A stretch of DNA of 64,000 nt, from assembly GCF_039654945.1 (NCBI RefSeq), contig NW_027361964.1, forward strand, positions 2,294,001 through 2,358,000, in the 5' to 3' direction. The position numbers were made by a program, and so were the translations under genes. Under the pieces are notes generated by a model. The model searched no databases. It had not been told where the DNA came from and saw only the letters and a list, made by a program, of their open reading frames with translations. This document shows, one piece after another, positions 1-11,939 of the stretch (positions within the stretch are counted from its first letter, which is position 1; every line of letters begins with the position of its first letter). Origin of the DNA: Dendrobates tinctorius (Eukaryota).

Positions 1-82
1 GGTGATTGTGCCTGGGACCCATCTCAGCCAACTGGCTCAGGAAGCCCATGAGAAGGGGGCTCACTTTGGTGCTTAAAAGACT

Positions 83-1540
83 TTGCAATGGTTGCAGCAG
101 ATAGTGTACCATCCACGTTTGCACGCTGCTGTGGAAGAAGTTTGTCGAACCTACCGCCCGTGCGAGCTCGCTAAACCTCCCGCTCAACGAGCCCCGGTGC
201 AGACAATTGTAATATCATCTCCCCTGCAGCTCCTCACGGTAGACTATCTGACCATCGACCCTGCCTACCAGGGGTATGAACATTGTCTCTTTATGGTGGA
301 CCATTTCACCACGTTCGCCGTGGTCACCCCCACCCGAGACCAGACAGCGGAAAAGGCCGCCTATGCGATCTGTAAAAACTTTATCCAAGTGTACGGCTGC
401 CCGCAACGAATACATTTGGACCAAGGAGCGTGCTTCCTAGTAAGAGTCATGGAAGAGCTACACCATCTCTACGGTATCGATAAGTCTCGGACTACACCGT
501 ACCACCCGCAGGGGAACGGAGCCTGTGAACGATTCAATCGGACACTAATTCAAATGCTGCGCACCCTGGAGAACGACCGAAAGGCCTGCTGGCCTGAATA
601 TGTCCCTGAGCTGGTGTGGGTATATAATAACCGGGTGCAGCGAGAGACTGGGTACACCCCCTACTCATTGCTGTTCGGACGGGAGGGCAAAGGAATTACG
701 GGAGTGGAGTTAAACCCGGAGGAACCCCAACCCTGGACCGGAATATCCTCGTGGGTCCGAAACCACCGGCACCGACTGCAGACCCTCCACCGAATCGTCC
801 ATACAAAGCACCAGGATCTAGAACACCCGGGGGGAGCGCTGCCCCCACCCATTGACTTCCAGACTGGGGATCGGGTACTCGTACTAGACCAACGCCCCCA
901 GAACAAGTTAGAACCAAGGTGGGAGGAGAACCCGTACAGAGTGCTGCGCCAGATAAGCCCCGACGGGCCTGTGTATGAAATACAATCCAAAGGAAACAAC
1001 GCACCTCTCACGAGTGTTGTGCACCGTAACATGTTACGGCCTTGTGTGTCCACTGATCCCCTGCAGCCCAAACTGGCCCCCGCCCCCCCGCCCACGGTCT
1101 GGGACCTGGATGACGAAGAGGACTTCCCAACCGCATCCGCGGGGCACCCAAGTAGTGGCACTACAGTGGACCCGGACAGCCCACCAGAATCGACTATCCG
1201 ACCACCCTCCACCACCCCAGAAGACTTCACTGTACCCGAGCTTCGACGTTCCGAGCGGTCAACAGCTGGCAAACCCCCTGAACGTTACGAACAGGACCAG
1301 TTCGTATGGCGACAAGGACTATCGTCTCGAAAGACTAACCTGAGTCTACCAAAACCCTCGCCCGAGGACTGGCGAGCATACAGGGTGGGGGAGTGTGGGA
1401 AGAACGGCCCCCACCAAGTGTCCGGGCCGGAACCAAGGGGACCGTCATCTAGGTTCCGGGGGAAACTGTTCCCGGGGGGGACAGAGTTCAGGGACGGACC
1501 GCTGAGATGGACAGATGGGCTGGGGGAGGAGTCAGTATAA
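83..1540 (+). CDS. Gypsy pol integrase fragment (zinc-binding remnant, rve DDE core, GPY/F-like tail); reads through into the LTR and is probably defective
   Basis: Motifs VDHFT.FA, GCPQRIHLDQG, RTTPYHPQGNGACERFNRTL and TGYTPYSLLFGR; an in-frame TAA lies just upstream of the ORF start. Confidence 0.85.
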   Translation: MQWLQQIVYHPRLHAAVEEVCRTYRPCELAKPPAQRAPVQTIVISSPLQLLTVDYLTIDPAYQGYEHCLFMVDHFTTFAVVTPTRDQTAEKAAYAICKNFIQVYGCPQRIHLDQGACFLVRVMEELHHLYGIDKSRTTPYHPQGNGACERFNRTLIQMLRTLENDRKACWPEYVPELVWVYNNRVQRETGYTPYSLLFGREGKGITGVELNPEEPQPWTGISSWVRNHRHRLQTLHRIVHTKHQDLEHPGGALPPPIDFQTGDRVLVLDQRPQNKLEPRWEENPYRVLRQISPDGPVYEIQSKGNNAPLTSVVHRNMLRPCVSTDPLQPKLAPAPPPTVWDLDDEEDFPTASAGHPSSGTTVDPDSPPESTIRPPSTTPEDFTVPELRRSERSTAGKPPERYEQDQFVWRQGLSSRKTNLSLPKPSPEDWRAYRVGECGKNGPHQVSGPEPRGPSSRFRGKLFPGGTEFRDGPLRWTDGLGEESV

Positions 1541-2434
1541 AAGGGGCAGGGAGCGCGAGTCACGATGAGTCAGCAGACCGGGACAGAAGTAGCAGGAGAC
1601 CGTGGGAGCGACTGAGAGCAATAGCGACTCACCAGTGCCAGGGGAGACGCTCACCTATGACATCAGAGAGACGGCGCCCAGACGACCGTCCGAGACCTGC
1701 TGCCCTGCTTCAGCCCGTGGCAGCCGCCGCCTCACCTCAGCTCGAGGCCGTTGCCGCCTCACCCCAGCCCACGCTGCGGCCTGCCCGCCGTCGCTCGCGG
1801 CCGTTGCCGCCTCGCTCCAGCCCATGGCTGCAGCCTGTCTCCCACCACCCGCAGCCGCTCTGCCCTCACCCATGGTCGCAGCAAGTCCAGTGCCGAAGGC
1901 GGCCACCACTGTCCCGCTCTGATCCGCAGCTGGGGCTGAGCCTCTGCTTGCCGCGGATTCCCGTTGCAACTGCTAGCTGCACAGGTGGCCTGCCACTCGC
2001 CACCCCGCCCTGCTACCGCGGCCCACTCTTCCAAGGACTCCTCCTGATCCGGAGGTGCCCCAGTGTCACTGGAGCGTCGGACCGCTCGAAGACTACATCG
2101 ACTCTTCAGCAGCTGGGCCCAGCGGCTGCTCCGCCGAAGAACCACCGTCCAGGACGCCGAGGGACGTCAGGACGGCTAAGTTGACTATATAGTTAAGGAC
2201 CCGTAGTCGGCCATACCGCGGCCCTATAGTGACTGGCTTTCGCCGGACGTAGTCGTGTTCTACTGTGGTTGTGTTTGCTTGTATTGAGCCCCTGCAAGGG
2301 CAACCCTTGTTACCCCTTTGGTTGGTCAGGCTGTGACTGAGGAAAGTTACCTCTAAGCCCATAAACGTTATTATAAAAAGCACCAAAACGTCTCGCGACT
2401 CGTCACTGCATCCTGCGTACCTGCAAGTACCACA
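1394..2434 (+). repeat. 3' LTR with putative TATA box (TATAAAA, ~1536) and AP-1-like TGAGTCA (~1566)
   Basis: TG...CA termini with a 5-bp inverted repeat, immediately after the polypurine tract. Confidence 0.8.
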
Positions 2435-2524
2435 GTTATACTAAAAGTTTAACTCTGGAGCTAAAGATCAGTGTCCAGGAACATTAAAAGACATTTTCCA
2501 TATGTGCTGGTGACTTTATGATGT

Positions 2525-4015
2525 AATGAAAATGAGATGACTTTGCTGGTCTTGCCCTCTAAGAATGATGAGATGACTCTAATGACCCTGCACTCTAAGG
2601 ATGATGAGATAACTCTAATAACCCCACCCTCTAAGGATAATGAGATGACTCTAATGACTCCGCCATCTAAGGATGATGAGATTATTCTAATGACCCCACC
2701 CTCTAAGAATGATGAGATGACTAATGACTCCACCATCTATGAATGATGAGATGACTCTAATGACCTTGTCTTCTAAGGATGATGAGATGACTGTAATGAC
2801 CCCGCCCTCTAAGAATGAGATGACTCTAATGACCCCGCCCTCTAAGAATGATGAGATGACTCTAATGACCCCACCCTCTAAGGATGATGAGATGACTCTA
2901 ATGACCCCACCCTCTAAGGATGATGAGATGACTCTAATGACCCCGTCCTCTAAGGATGATGAGATGACTCTAATGTCCCCACCCTCTAAGGATGATGAGA
3001 TGACTCTAATGACCCCGTCCTTCAAGGATGATGAGATGACTAATGACCCCACCCTCTAAGGAGGATGAGATGACTCTAATGACCCCACCCTCTAACGATC
3101 ATGAGATGAATCTAATGACCCCGCCCTCTAAGGATCATGAAATAACCCTGGCCTTTAACGATAATGAAATGACTCTAATGACTGCACCCACTAATGATAA
3201 TGAGATGACCCTGATGACCCTGCCCTCTAAGGATAATGAGATGACTATGCTTACCAAGCCCTCTAAGAATAATGAAATGACTCTAATAACCACGACCTCT
3301 AATGATAATGAGATGACTCTAATGACCGCACTCTTCAATGACAATAAGATGACTTTAATGACTCCATCCTCAAAGGATAATGAGATGACTCTAATGATCC
3401 CACACTCTAATGATAATGAAATGACTCTGCTGACCCCGCCCTTCAATGATAATGACATGATTCTAATGATCCTTCCCTCTAATGATAATGGGATGACTGC
3501 TGATCCCGACCACTAATGATAATGAGATAATTCTAATGATCCCCTACTCTAATAATAACAAGATGATTCTGCCAACCCCGCTCTCTAATGATAAAGAGAT
3601 GACTCTGCTTACCTTGCCATCTAAGGATAATGAGATGACTCTGCTGATCCCGTCCTCTAATGACAATGAGATGACTCAGCAGACCCAGCACTCTAAGGAT
3701 AATGACATTACTTTGCTAACCCCGCCCTTTAATGATAACAAGATGACTCTAATGCCCCTGTCCTTAATGACAATGAGATGACTTTGCTGACCATGACCTC
3801 TAAGGATAATGAGATGTCTCTGTTGACATGCTCTCCAATGGTAATGAGATGACGATGCTGACCCCACTTTGTAAACATAATGAAATGACTCTGCTGACCC
3901 CACCCTCTAAGTATAATATGATTCTGTTGACCCCACCCTCTAATGATAATGAGACTACTTTGCTGACCCCACCCCCTCTAAGGATAATGAAATGACTGCT
4001 GACCCCACCCTCTAA
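2525..4015. repeat. 36-bp minisatellite array (CTCTAAGGATGATGAGATGACTCTAATGACCCCACC)n, more diverged towards the right
   Basis: Direct 36-bp periodicity; produces repeated MTLMTPPSKDDE pseudo-ORFs. Confidence 0.95.
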
Positions 4016-4570
4016 GCACCTGCCTCACAGTATTCCCCATACTACCTGCCTCACAGCAGTCACAATCATCCTCTGCCCCAATATCCCCTACATTGAAGGC
4101 TTCACACATCCGTCTGTGATCTGATGCTCCAAAAAAAATTTTATTACATAATGTAGACTTTTCTTCTGGTCCATTACAGCACTTGTCCACCTTTGGGGAC
4201 ATTTGTGTTTTACAGAAATACATGTAATTGGGGCTAAAATTATGTTTTACAATTGGGTTTCACCAAAAACGTTGCAGTTTTTTCCGTCTTTAGCCGTGGG
4301 TGCTGGCTGAGGAATCAGTCACCTGAGAACCTGTCTGCCAGAGATTTTTTTAACTCTCTTATCTGTCTTTTTCTAAGCTTCTGATTTATGACCACAGAGG
4401 ACATCAAAGTTGAAAGTTCAGGGAAATAAAGAGCCTGTAAAAGCCAATCTGCAAAATATGTAAAGAAAGCCAATTGCAACATTGATTATCAGTCCCAAAC
4501 ACATGCATTAAAGTACAGTTTATGTCTCCAAAGGTGGACAGTCCCTTCAAGCATTAACTGTTCTTTGTCC

Positions 4571-5560
4571 TCAAGGATGCTTCTTCCAAAAACCCAAAAA
4601 TTTGCTGGTAGATTCTTGAATTTCCAATCCAGGCTGGCTTCCATGAAGCGTCAGATGCCGGTTTCCAGGTTGCTTGATGATACGATTTGCAGATGTCCTC
4701 AGTTTGGAGTTTCCCTGTATTATTACTACGCCCTGTAAGGTGGAGTAGGAGAATATGACAAACCAGCTGAAGTGCTGTGAGAGATCCTCCACATTAAATG
4801 AGTGCAATATAATGGAGATGGAAGAGAAGTAGAAAGACATAAGGAGAGTGAGGAGAAGCACCATGGTCCTGGCAGCTGTGACGTGGGCATGTGTCCGGGC
4901 AGTACTTGACCCTAGGATGTTCTTCTTCATCATCATGACGTGTCTCCAGAGAGAGTTCAGAGTCAGTACTGTGGGGATGAGGGTTAAAATTAAGGGTGTA
5001 ATTGTCCCACATATAAGAGTCACTTTGTAGGCAAATGTTATGGCGATGATGTCGTGTGAAGAAGAAGAGGTGTTCACCACAAGCTCGCGAGGAGGCACCA
5101 GGTACATAGTCCAAGCTGCAGGCACTGCAACACAGAATGACTGAACAGCCGATATCACCAGCAAAGTGGGCAGATATCTGGATATTCTCATCTTCAGGAG
5201 GAACAGGAAGCCACTGCTGAAGTTGACGATTCTTAAGCAATAGTAGGTACAGAGCAAGACTGTGAACCAGTAATTACAGGAGGCCAAAAACACCAGGATC
5301 TGGAGGACCCTTAAGTGAATTTCTATAGACAATTTTATGTAAGTTTGAAATGCACTGAAGATCATTTCCAAGACCAAATCCATCTGGAAAAGGACATTAA
5401 TTAACCCAATCAAACTCAAAACGAAGTCACAAGAACTCAGGTGGATGCCAACGTGCCAGTCCCTGAGGTTGACTGCTACGATCATTGAGTTCAGGCAGAT
5501 CCCTGTGAATCCTGTGACCAAACCAATGGCCACTCGAGACAAATCCCGAGCAAACAACAT
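4571..5560 (-). CDS. TAS2R: Taste receptor type 2 (bitter receptor), intronless, 329 aa from the first ATG
   Basis: Seven hydrophobic segments; family motifs LSSCDFVL, YYCLRIVNFS, LNSLWRH, TAARTMVLL, IIQGNSKLR; ECL2 sequon NTS. The ORF-track start at 5611 is GTG; the first ATG is at 5560. Confidence 0.9.
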   Translation of the reverse strand: MLFARDLSRVAIGLVTGFTGICLNSMIVAVNLRDWHVGIHLSSCDFVLSLIGLINVLFQMDLVLEMIFSAFQTYIKLSIEIHLRVLQILVFLASCNYWFTVLLCTYYCLRIVNFSSGFLFLLKMRISRYLPTLLVISAVQSFCVAVPAAWTMYLVPPRELVVNTSSSSHDIIAITFAYKVTLICGTITPLILTLIPTVLTLNSLWRHVMMMKKNILGSSTARTHAHVTAARTMVLLLTLLMSFYFSSISIILHSFNVEDLSQHFSWFVIFSYSTLQGVVIIQGNSKLRTSANRIIKQPGNRHLTLHGSQPGLEIQESTSKFLGFWKKHP

Positions 5561-6861
5561 GATTTCTGGGGAAAATGAGAAGATGGCGGTTGTCTCACTG
5601 CTGCTAACCACACAATGTGTTAACTAAACCAGCTGTGAGAATAAAGGAACCAATGCAAATCTAGGAGGGGTTTGGTTTCCACGTTCATTTGGTTTTCCTG
5701 ATGGAAGATGACGAGGTCCATTAATCTAACAACAAATCTCATTGTTTCCAATGAACCAATCATAGGTGATAATGGAGCCATCATCAGAGCTGATGATGAG
5801 GTTGGTGAGTTACTCTATCATAAAAATGAGAAAGGACAATAACTAGCAGTCATGGTGACCTGACAGGTGCTAATCCTGTCTCTTATTGACACAGAGGCTC
5901 TGGTCACATGTCCATGGTGCATCAGGTATATATAATTCGATCATGTCAGTATGTAGGATGGGATCGTCTCTCCATTCAAGGGGAACATCTGGTATAATGG
6001 GATCCTGGCTCCATCCAGGAGCTATGTACAATATGGCCATGCATCTGTCTAGGAAGATTTTATGGTGTGATCATGTCCTTGCTATATAAAAGTTTGAAAT
6101 ATGAGAAGCTCAGACCGTAAGTCACTAATACAATGTAGGTCTATGGAGCCTCTTTCTGAAAAACGCCACTTCCGGCTCTCTAATAGAGCGCAGGGAGATC
6201 AAGAGAGTCGGAAGAGTCAACGCATGGCCAAGAAGAAGACTGGAGCAGTGCTGGAAACTGGGGAAGACGGCAATCGGTGACCACATTACTGTACTGACAC
6301 TACACTCACATTTACACTGGTTTAGGCAATATTAAGTTTGGTGGGAGCTTTTCAAATAGAAGATTATGCTATCATTACCATTCGTCGGTTAATTAGAAGC
6401 TGCAGGTCTCAACATAAAATAAAAATATACCGCTAGAATGAAGACTCTACTGATGAAGCTCACTACAGATGGACTGCAGTGAGGGATAGAAGGACAACAA
6501 AAATCAGAAAAATGATCATTAATTAAGATAAGAAGATAAGGAATCCTGACAGTAGGTCTACAGATCCAGAACATATTATCATTGTAAACAGACTGTTAGC
6601 CTAAGGACTTCCCTTTAGGATATGTGGAAAGTTACCAAGAAGGTAAAGAGCTGTCCTGGGCAAAGCAAATAATACAACCCCAGATTATTATCATAAATGT
6701 CACCAGTCACACCTGAACTACAATCCCAATCTACTCATCCCCTATATGAATATGGCGCAAGAGGATGAACCATTTCATTCATTAGTAAGAGGCCACTAAT
6801 AAGTGTGTGAAAGCTACAGTGCTCCTCCTAGTTGAACTCCTAGTTGAACTCTTCACAGGTG

Positions 6862-6976
6862 AATGAGCTTGGGATCTGGTGGATGAGCTTGGGATCTGGT
6901 GGTTGAGCTTGGGATGAGTTTGGGATTTGGTGGATGAGCTTGTGATGAGCTTGGTATCCAGTGGATGAGCTTAGGA
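6862..6976. repeat. Short ~20-bp tandem repeat (GGATGAGCTTGGGATCTGGT) directly 3' of the TAS2R stop codon
   Basis: About 5-6 imperfect copies visible. Confidence 0.75.
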
Positions 6977-7927
6977 TCAATGTTCAGCCTCTTGGGTTAA
7001 GTTCAAGGTTCCCAAATTCTTATTGTTCTCCATCAATTTGCTTGGACAGATTGCCCCCTGAAATGCCTTCCTCAGTTTGGGGCTGGCCTGGATCATGATG
7101 ATGGCTTCTATTGTGGGAAAGACAAATATTAGACACCAGCAAACCACGGTCCTCATGTCACTCAATGACTGGGTGTAGAAGAGAATGGTCTCTGCCGTGT
7201 AGAATATTCCTGACAACGTTAATAACAGGACCATTGTTCCTATAGCATTGACATGGGGCTGCAGTTTAGGATGAAGAGATTGCGGATTGTTGAGTTTTAT
7301 GTTGCACATGTGTCTTAGAAGAGATGAAACCGATGTGATGAGAGAGACGAGAATTACCATGAAGGGCGCACAACATCCCAGCATGTTGGACACCACAGTG
7401 TACTCAATGCTTGTGGATGCTATTACCACACTGGTAAAGATGAACGTCTCATTCCCTAAATCTTGTGTATGAATTTTCATTTGAAGAGTCCAAATCCCTG
7501 GAATACTGATGACCAATGAACCAAGTCCTGAAAACATGAGTAGATAAGGCAATACATTTGTAAGCCATCTCTTCATCCAAGGGAAAAATCTGTGGCTGAA
7601 ATTGGAGATGCTGGTGCAGTAGTAGATGCAGAGCCAGGCAGTCAACCAAAAGGTGTAGTGCATCAAGAAGGGCAAAGTGATAACGGTCACACTGAAGGCC
7701 ATTGTGAGATAGGAGGTAGACAGCCACAAGCCGACAAAGTGTCCGAGCAGCAGACCCCGTAGGATGATGTTAACCATTCCCATAGCCACATGGATTAGGT
7801 CAGATGGAGTCCGCTTCCAGCCTCCTTTTAGGCTTTTCACGTTAATAATGATGATGCTAGCATTCAAGGAAATTGCCACTACTCCTTCTACAAGACTAAG
7901 AGCACCAAGATGAATGAGGAACCACAT
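6977..7927 (-). CDS. TAS2R: Taste receptor type 2 (bitter receptor), intronless, 316 aa
   Basis: Seven TM segments; motifs FWLTAWLCIYYC..ISNFSH..F..MK, SSLLRHM, HVNAIGTMVLL, IQASPKLR; ECL2 sequon NET. Confidence 0.92.
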   Translation of the reverse strand: MWFLIHLGALSLVEGVVAISLNASIIIINVKSLKGGWKRTPSDLIHVAMGMVNIILRGLLLGHFVGLWLSTSYLTMAFSVTVITLPFLMHYTFWLTAWLCIYYCTSISNFSHRFFPWMKRWLTNVLPYLLMFSGLGSLVISIPGIWTLQMKIHTQDLGNETFIFTSVVIASTSIEYTVVSNMLGCCAPFMVILVSLITSVSSLLRHMCNIKLNNPQSLHPKLQPHVNAIGTMVLLLTLSGIFYTAETILFYTQSLSDMRTVVCWCLIFVFPTIEAIIMIQASPKLRKAFQGAICPSKLMENNKNLGTLNLTQEAEH

Positions 7928-9069
7928 GTTGAGGTGAGATGTTCTCCTTCCAGCTCCTCGTTACAGTCCTCAAATATATAACCTCTGGAATTTGACTAAT
8001 GCAAAATAGCTCAGCTTTCCCCGTGTCAGCAGCACCCAAATTAGTCTATTTTCTGGAGAATGGATGGGGTGAAAAGTAAAGGTCTAGACTTAGAGTGGTT
8101 ATGTCTCCCGTAGGGTAAAATGCTCACGTAGATAACATTAACATGTTCTATAATTAAGTGCTATATATCCATCACCGTCACATAATGAACAATGGGGATG
8201 GCAGACTATCGGCATGATCAACTCAAAGAGATCAGAAAAGATAGTAAAGGATTACTAGTCAGCTATGAGCGATCATCGAGGCCAGCTCTCTATCTACATA
8301 TGTAGGGAAAAGTCTGATATCTGGCTACTCGAAGGCCGGGAGAGAGGGGAACGACTGCAGCTTCTTTCTTTACTGTTCTTAGTTTAGACACATAAAAGCA
8401 ATAAACTAATAAGAAGCTCTCCATATTGGTTTTATTGCACCTCTCCATGATCAGATAGGATTAGGGCAGCAATGGTTATGCTGACAAATGGTGGTTGTAT
8501 TAATCCAGGCTGGCATAGACGATAAACGTGACTGATGCTCCAACCCATGAGATTCTGTCCAAGGGATGAGGACAAAAACAGAAAGTACCAAGAAACAAGT
8601 GGGATATCAATGGGGGTTGTCCCTCCAAAGGAGATCGAATCCAGACCCCTTCTCCAGGAACATTAAAATAGTCTAATAGCAATGTACAGCAGGTATCACG
8701 GTCAGGTTCACCTCTTCTCCAGTAGCTTCTTTTTCTTCAGGAATCTAAAGAAGATGTTAGACCAACATTTAAACATGTTGTCCACTTTTATTGAGATACA
8801 TATTGTAAGGTTATTAGAGAAATAGCCTAGACTTGGTTATTAGAGGGACGTCACCCTGGTGCTAATGGAGCCGTCCCCCAACTCATTCTTCATATTTTTG
8901 ATTCTCCTATTGCTTTGTGGCCATGTAATGAAATATATACCTCAATATAGGTCATATACCCTAGTATATACTGTAGATGCTGGCTGTAGTACCATGCAGA
9001 TCAGCCACCAGGAACTGGTGGTACCAGTGATAGCCATGGAGTCTCTTATGGTAGAACCATCTTACATCC

Positions 9070-9735
9070 AGAAGAAGACAAAAAGGAGAAGAATCAGGGA
9101 GATGAAGAATAAGCAAAGGAATGAAGAAAGTAAAAGCAGAAGAGTCAAAAAAATGAAAAAAAGATGGAGAAGGCTGAGAGGAAATGGAAGAAGAAGAAAT
9201 TTAAAAATCAGAAGAAAAATGAAAATAAAGAGGTGAAGAATGGGAAAAAAATAAAAATGAGGACAATAAGAAATGTCAGAACAATGAGGAAAACAATGTG
9301 AAAGATGGTGGACAATAGTGAGACTCAGTAATATAAGAGGTAGAAGAATGAAACAAAGAAGAATCAGAAGAACGAGGCAAAGCAGGTTAGGAATGAGAAA
9401 AACATCAAGAAGTACAATCCAAATATGAAGTAAGCAGAAGAACGAAGAGAAGAAGAAAAATCTGAAGAAATGAGGAGAACGACAAAATGATAGAGAAGAA
9501 AGAAAAGAAAAATGAAAGTGGAGAAGAAAAATCAGAAGATGAATGTGGAGAAACAGAAGAATGTGTAGAAGAATCTAAAGGCTGAGGAGAAGAAGTAACA
9601 ATGAATATAAAATGTAAAGAACAAGAAGAATGAGGAGAAAATGGCGACGAATGAGAGGAAGAAGGAGAAAAATAAAGAGAAGAATCACATGAATGAAAAG
9701 AAAAAATACAGGAGATGAATGAGGAGAAGACCTTT
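9070..9735. repeat. Purine-rich (GAA/GA) low-complexity tract
   Basis: Strong A/G strand bias with no fixed period. Confidence 0.8.
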
Positions 9736-9884
9736 ACAAATACATGACACAACCTTCTGTTTAATCCAGGACAAATGTACAATTTCCTGATAGTTCAGCT
9801 TTTTAGATGTTTAGTCATTGAAGCTCCATAAATACATGAATAGGTCATTTCTTGACTTTTTCAAGAAAAGCACATCCAGCCCAT

Positions 9885-10010
9885 GAATGGCAGCGCTTCC
9901 CAGGACTCACATCCAAAGATGATATTTCATATTTTTTATTTGATAAGTTAAAATAGAGGAGATAGAACATGTTTTGGATACAGTATATATCCTTCATCAG
10001 GCATCATAAA
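9885..10010 (-). mobile_element. Penelope-like terminal-repeat remnant with a degenerate hammerhead motif
   Basis: Minus strand reads CTGATGA-A-GGATAT..GTATCC-AAAA-CATGTT, followed by AATAAA; G12 is lost. Confidence 0.5.
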
Positions 10011-10967
10011 AAAACAGTGAAAATCCTAGTAGTATAAAATTCAGTTATACCAATGGATTGTACCCAACTAACAACCTTCAGAGTGGACGTCGGGGACAGA
10101 GGTTGATACAAAGCCCCGTTCCTGACTGGAGATGAACTGAAGTCTCTCAGTTACAGAAGAAGAATTATAACTCAAATGTTCCTACATCATATGATTAGAA
10201 CGGATGGGGCATGAACCTTCCTAATATGATAAAATGCACTGTCATTGGTCTTCACTGAAGAACAATGTCCACTGATCCACTGGATGGATTAGGACAAGAG
10301 GTTTTGGAGAACATAAGAACGTAAAGGAATATCAGACGTGACACAGTAAGAAGTATAAGAAGTAGAGGCAGGAGGTCAATCATGAGTAGGATAGACTGCT
10401 GTACAAAGTCAATGATGTTATGACAAGTCAAAAATCTTACACCAACTACAGACTTCACATCCATCCCTATCAACTGGCAATGAGAACTTTAGCCAAGACT
10501 GTGATTGAGCAAGGAACAAGAAGTGGTGAAAGCCAGCTAAACTGTTCCTTCAGCTTCTCCAGATGGACTTATGTACATGGACCTAGAACCTTCTCACGAA
10601 TGAATACATCTCAGACTCGTGTGACCAGACCTGGGACCTCTGATGAATGAATGCATCTGAGACTTGTGTGACCAGACCTGAGATCTCAGAGGAATATAAG
10701 CAATTGGGAGTTGTGTGATCAGACCTGGGAACTCAGACCAACAACTGCAACTCATCGAATGTGTGCCCTTTTTCAGGTGCCTTGATTCTGTTTGGTGATG
10801 TTTGGAGATATCAACTTACTTGTCTCCTTACTTATCAAATCATCACACAATAAAAAAAATCAGCAATATATGGAAAGCACTTGTAAAGAGCTATTCTATT
10901 GTCTGGTAAGGTATATTAATGTCAGCTGCCTATCTTTATTTAAGTAGAAGTCATCTTCACCTATTAC

Positions 10968-11902
10968 TGATGTTCAGAGCATGAGAACGAATGGGAAGCT
11001 CTAACTTTTGAGTCTTTGGGACCTCTGAGGTTGTAGCTGGAGTTTCCTACATCAAGGTTGTGAGGGGTTGACTCGCTCGGCTGCTGCAAAGGCAGACTCA
11101 GGAATGCCTCTTGAGGTAAATCACCCGCTAGTTTATTAAAACACAACATAAACCTTAGCGGGGTTGAAAAAGTAAACGTGGCCTTTCTGGCCTTAAGGAA
11201 AAACAAAACAAAGAAAAGTGCAAAAGAGTCCTTTCCCTGCATGATTCACCCGCCGATACCACAGAATGTCCTCAGCGCCTCCTGAAACCGTGTGGGAGTA
11301 TCTCCTCTCCAAGGTCACAACCCACAATGACTCTCTAGACAAGATATTTAAGCCAGACCATGTGATGATCACCTGACCGTGACATCATTCCAGGTCCTGT
11401 CAGTACACATGCTGGTGTCGGCTTTGCAGGTGGAGATATGGTGAGCACCCTCCCACCCGCACTATGGATGCCCACATAAAACCAGCCCATGTATGCAACT
11501 TTAATTTAACCCTCTCAACACTAAACCCCTTAACGACCAGGGGTATTTTTGGTTTTGCATTTTCATTTTTCCCTCCCCTTCTTTCCAGAGCCATAACTTT
11601 TTTATTTTTCCGTTTATATGGCCATGTGAGGGCTTATTTTTTGCGGGACGAGTTGTACTTTTAAATGACATCATTGGTTTTACCATGTCGTGTACTCAAA
11701 AACAGGAAAAAAATTCCAAGTGCGGTGAAATTGCCAAAAAAGTGCAATCCTACACTTGTTTTTTACTTGGCTTTTTTGCTAGGTTCACTAAATGCTAACA
11801 CTGACTGGCCATTATGATTCTCAAGGTCATTACGAGTTCATAGACACCAAACATGTCTATGTCCTCTTTTATCTAAGTGGTGATAAAAAATTCCAAAGTT
11901 TG

Positions 11903-11939
<37 letters not shown>

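Larger units (their letters stand above)
1..2434 (+). mobile_element. Gypsy/Ty3 LTR retrotransposon, 3' part (integrase end, polypurine tract, 3' LTR); runs off the window start
   Basis: The integrase ORF is followed by the polypurine tract AGGGTGGGGGAG (1382-1393) and an LTR at 1394-2434 bounded by TGTGG...CCACA. Confidence 0.9.

Noticed and set aside
1507-2184. 225-aa Pro/Arg-rich ORF and overlapping ORFs
   Set aside because: They lie wholly within a GC-rich LTR, show no domain, and several frames are open
2461-3903. Repetitive MTLMTPPSKDDE protein
   Set aside because: The unit length is a multiple of three, but the array has frameshifts and stops, is open on both strands and has no unique coding flanks
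5561-5611. N-terminal extension of the first TAS2R given by the ORF track (also 35947-35958)
   Set aside because: These starts are GTG or TTG codons from a bacterial-style ORF caller; the first ATG gives a normal TAS2R length
8859-9782. Lys/Arg/Glu-rich and Ser/Phe-rich ORFs (also 37976-38464)
   Set aside because: Products of purine-rich low-complexity DNA
10100-10580. Possible sixth TAS2R pseudogene (hydrophobic minus-strand ORF 10252-10473)
   Set aside because: No TAS2R motifs recognised in the frames I read; it would need tblastn to revive
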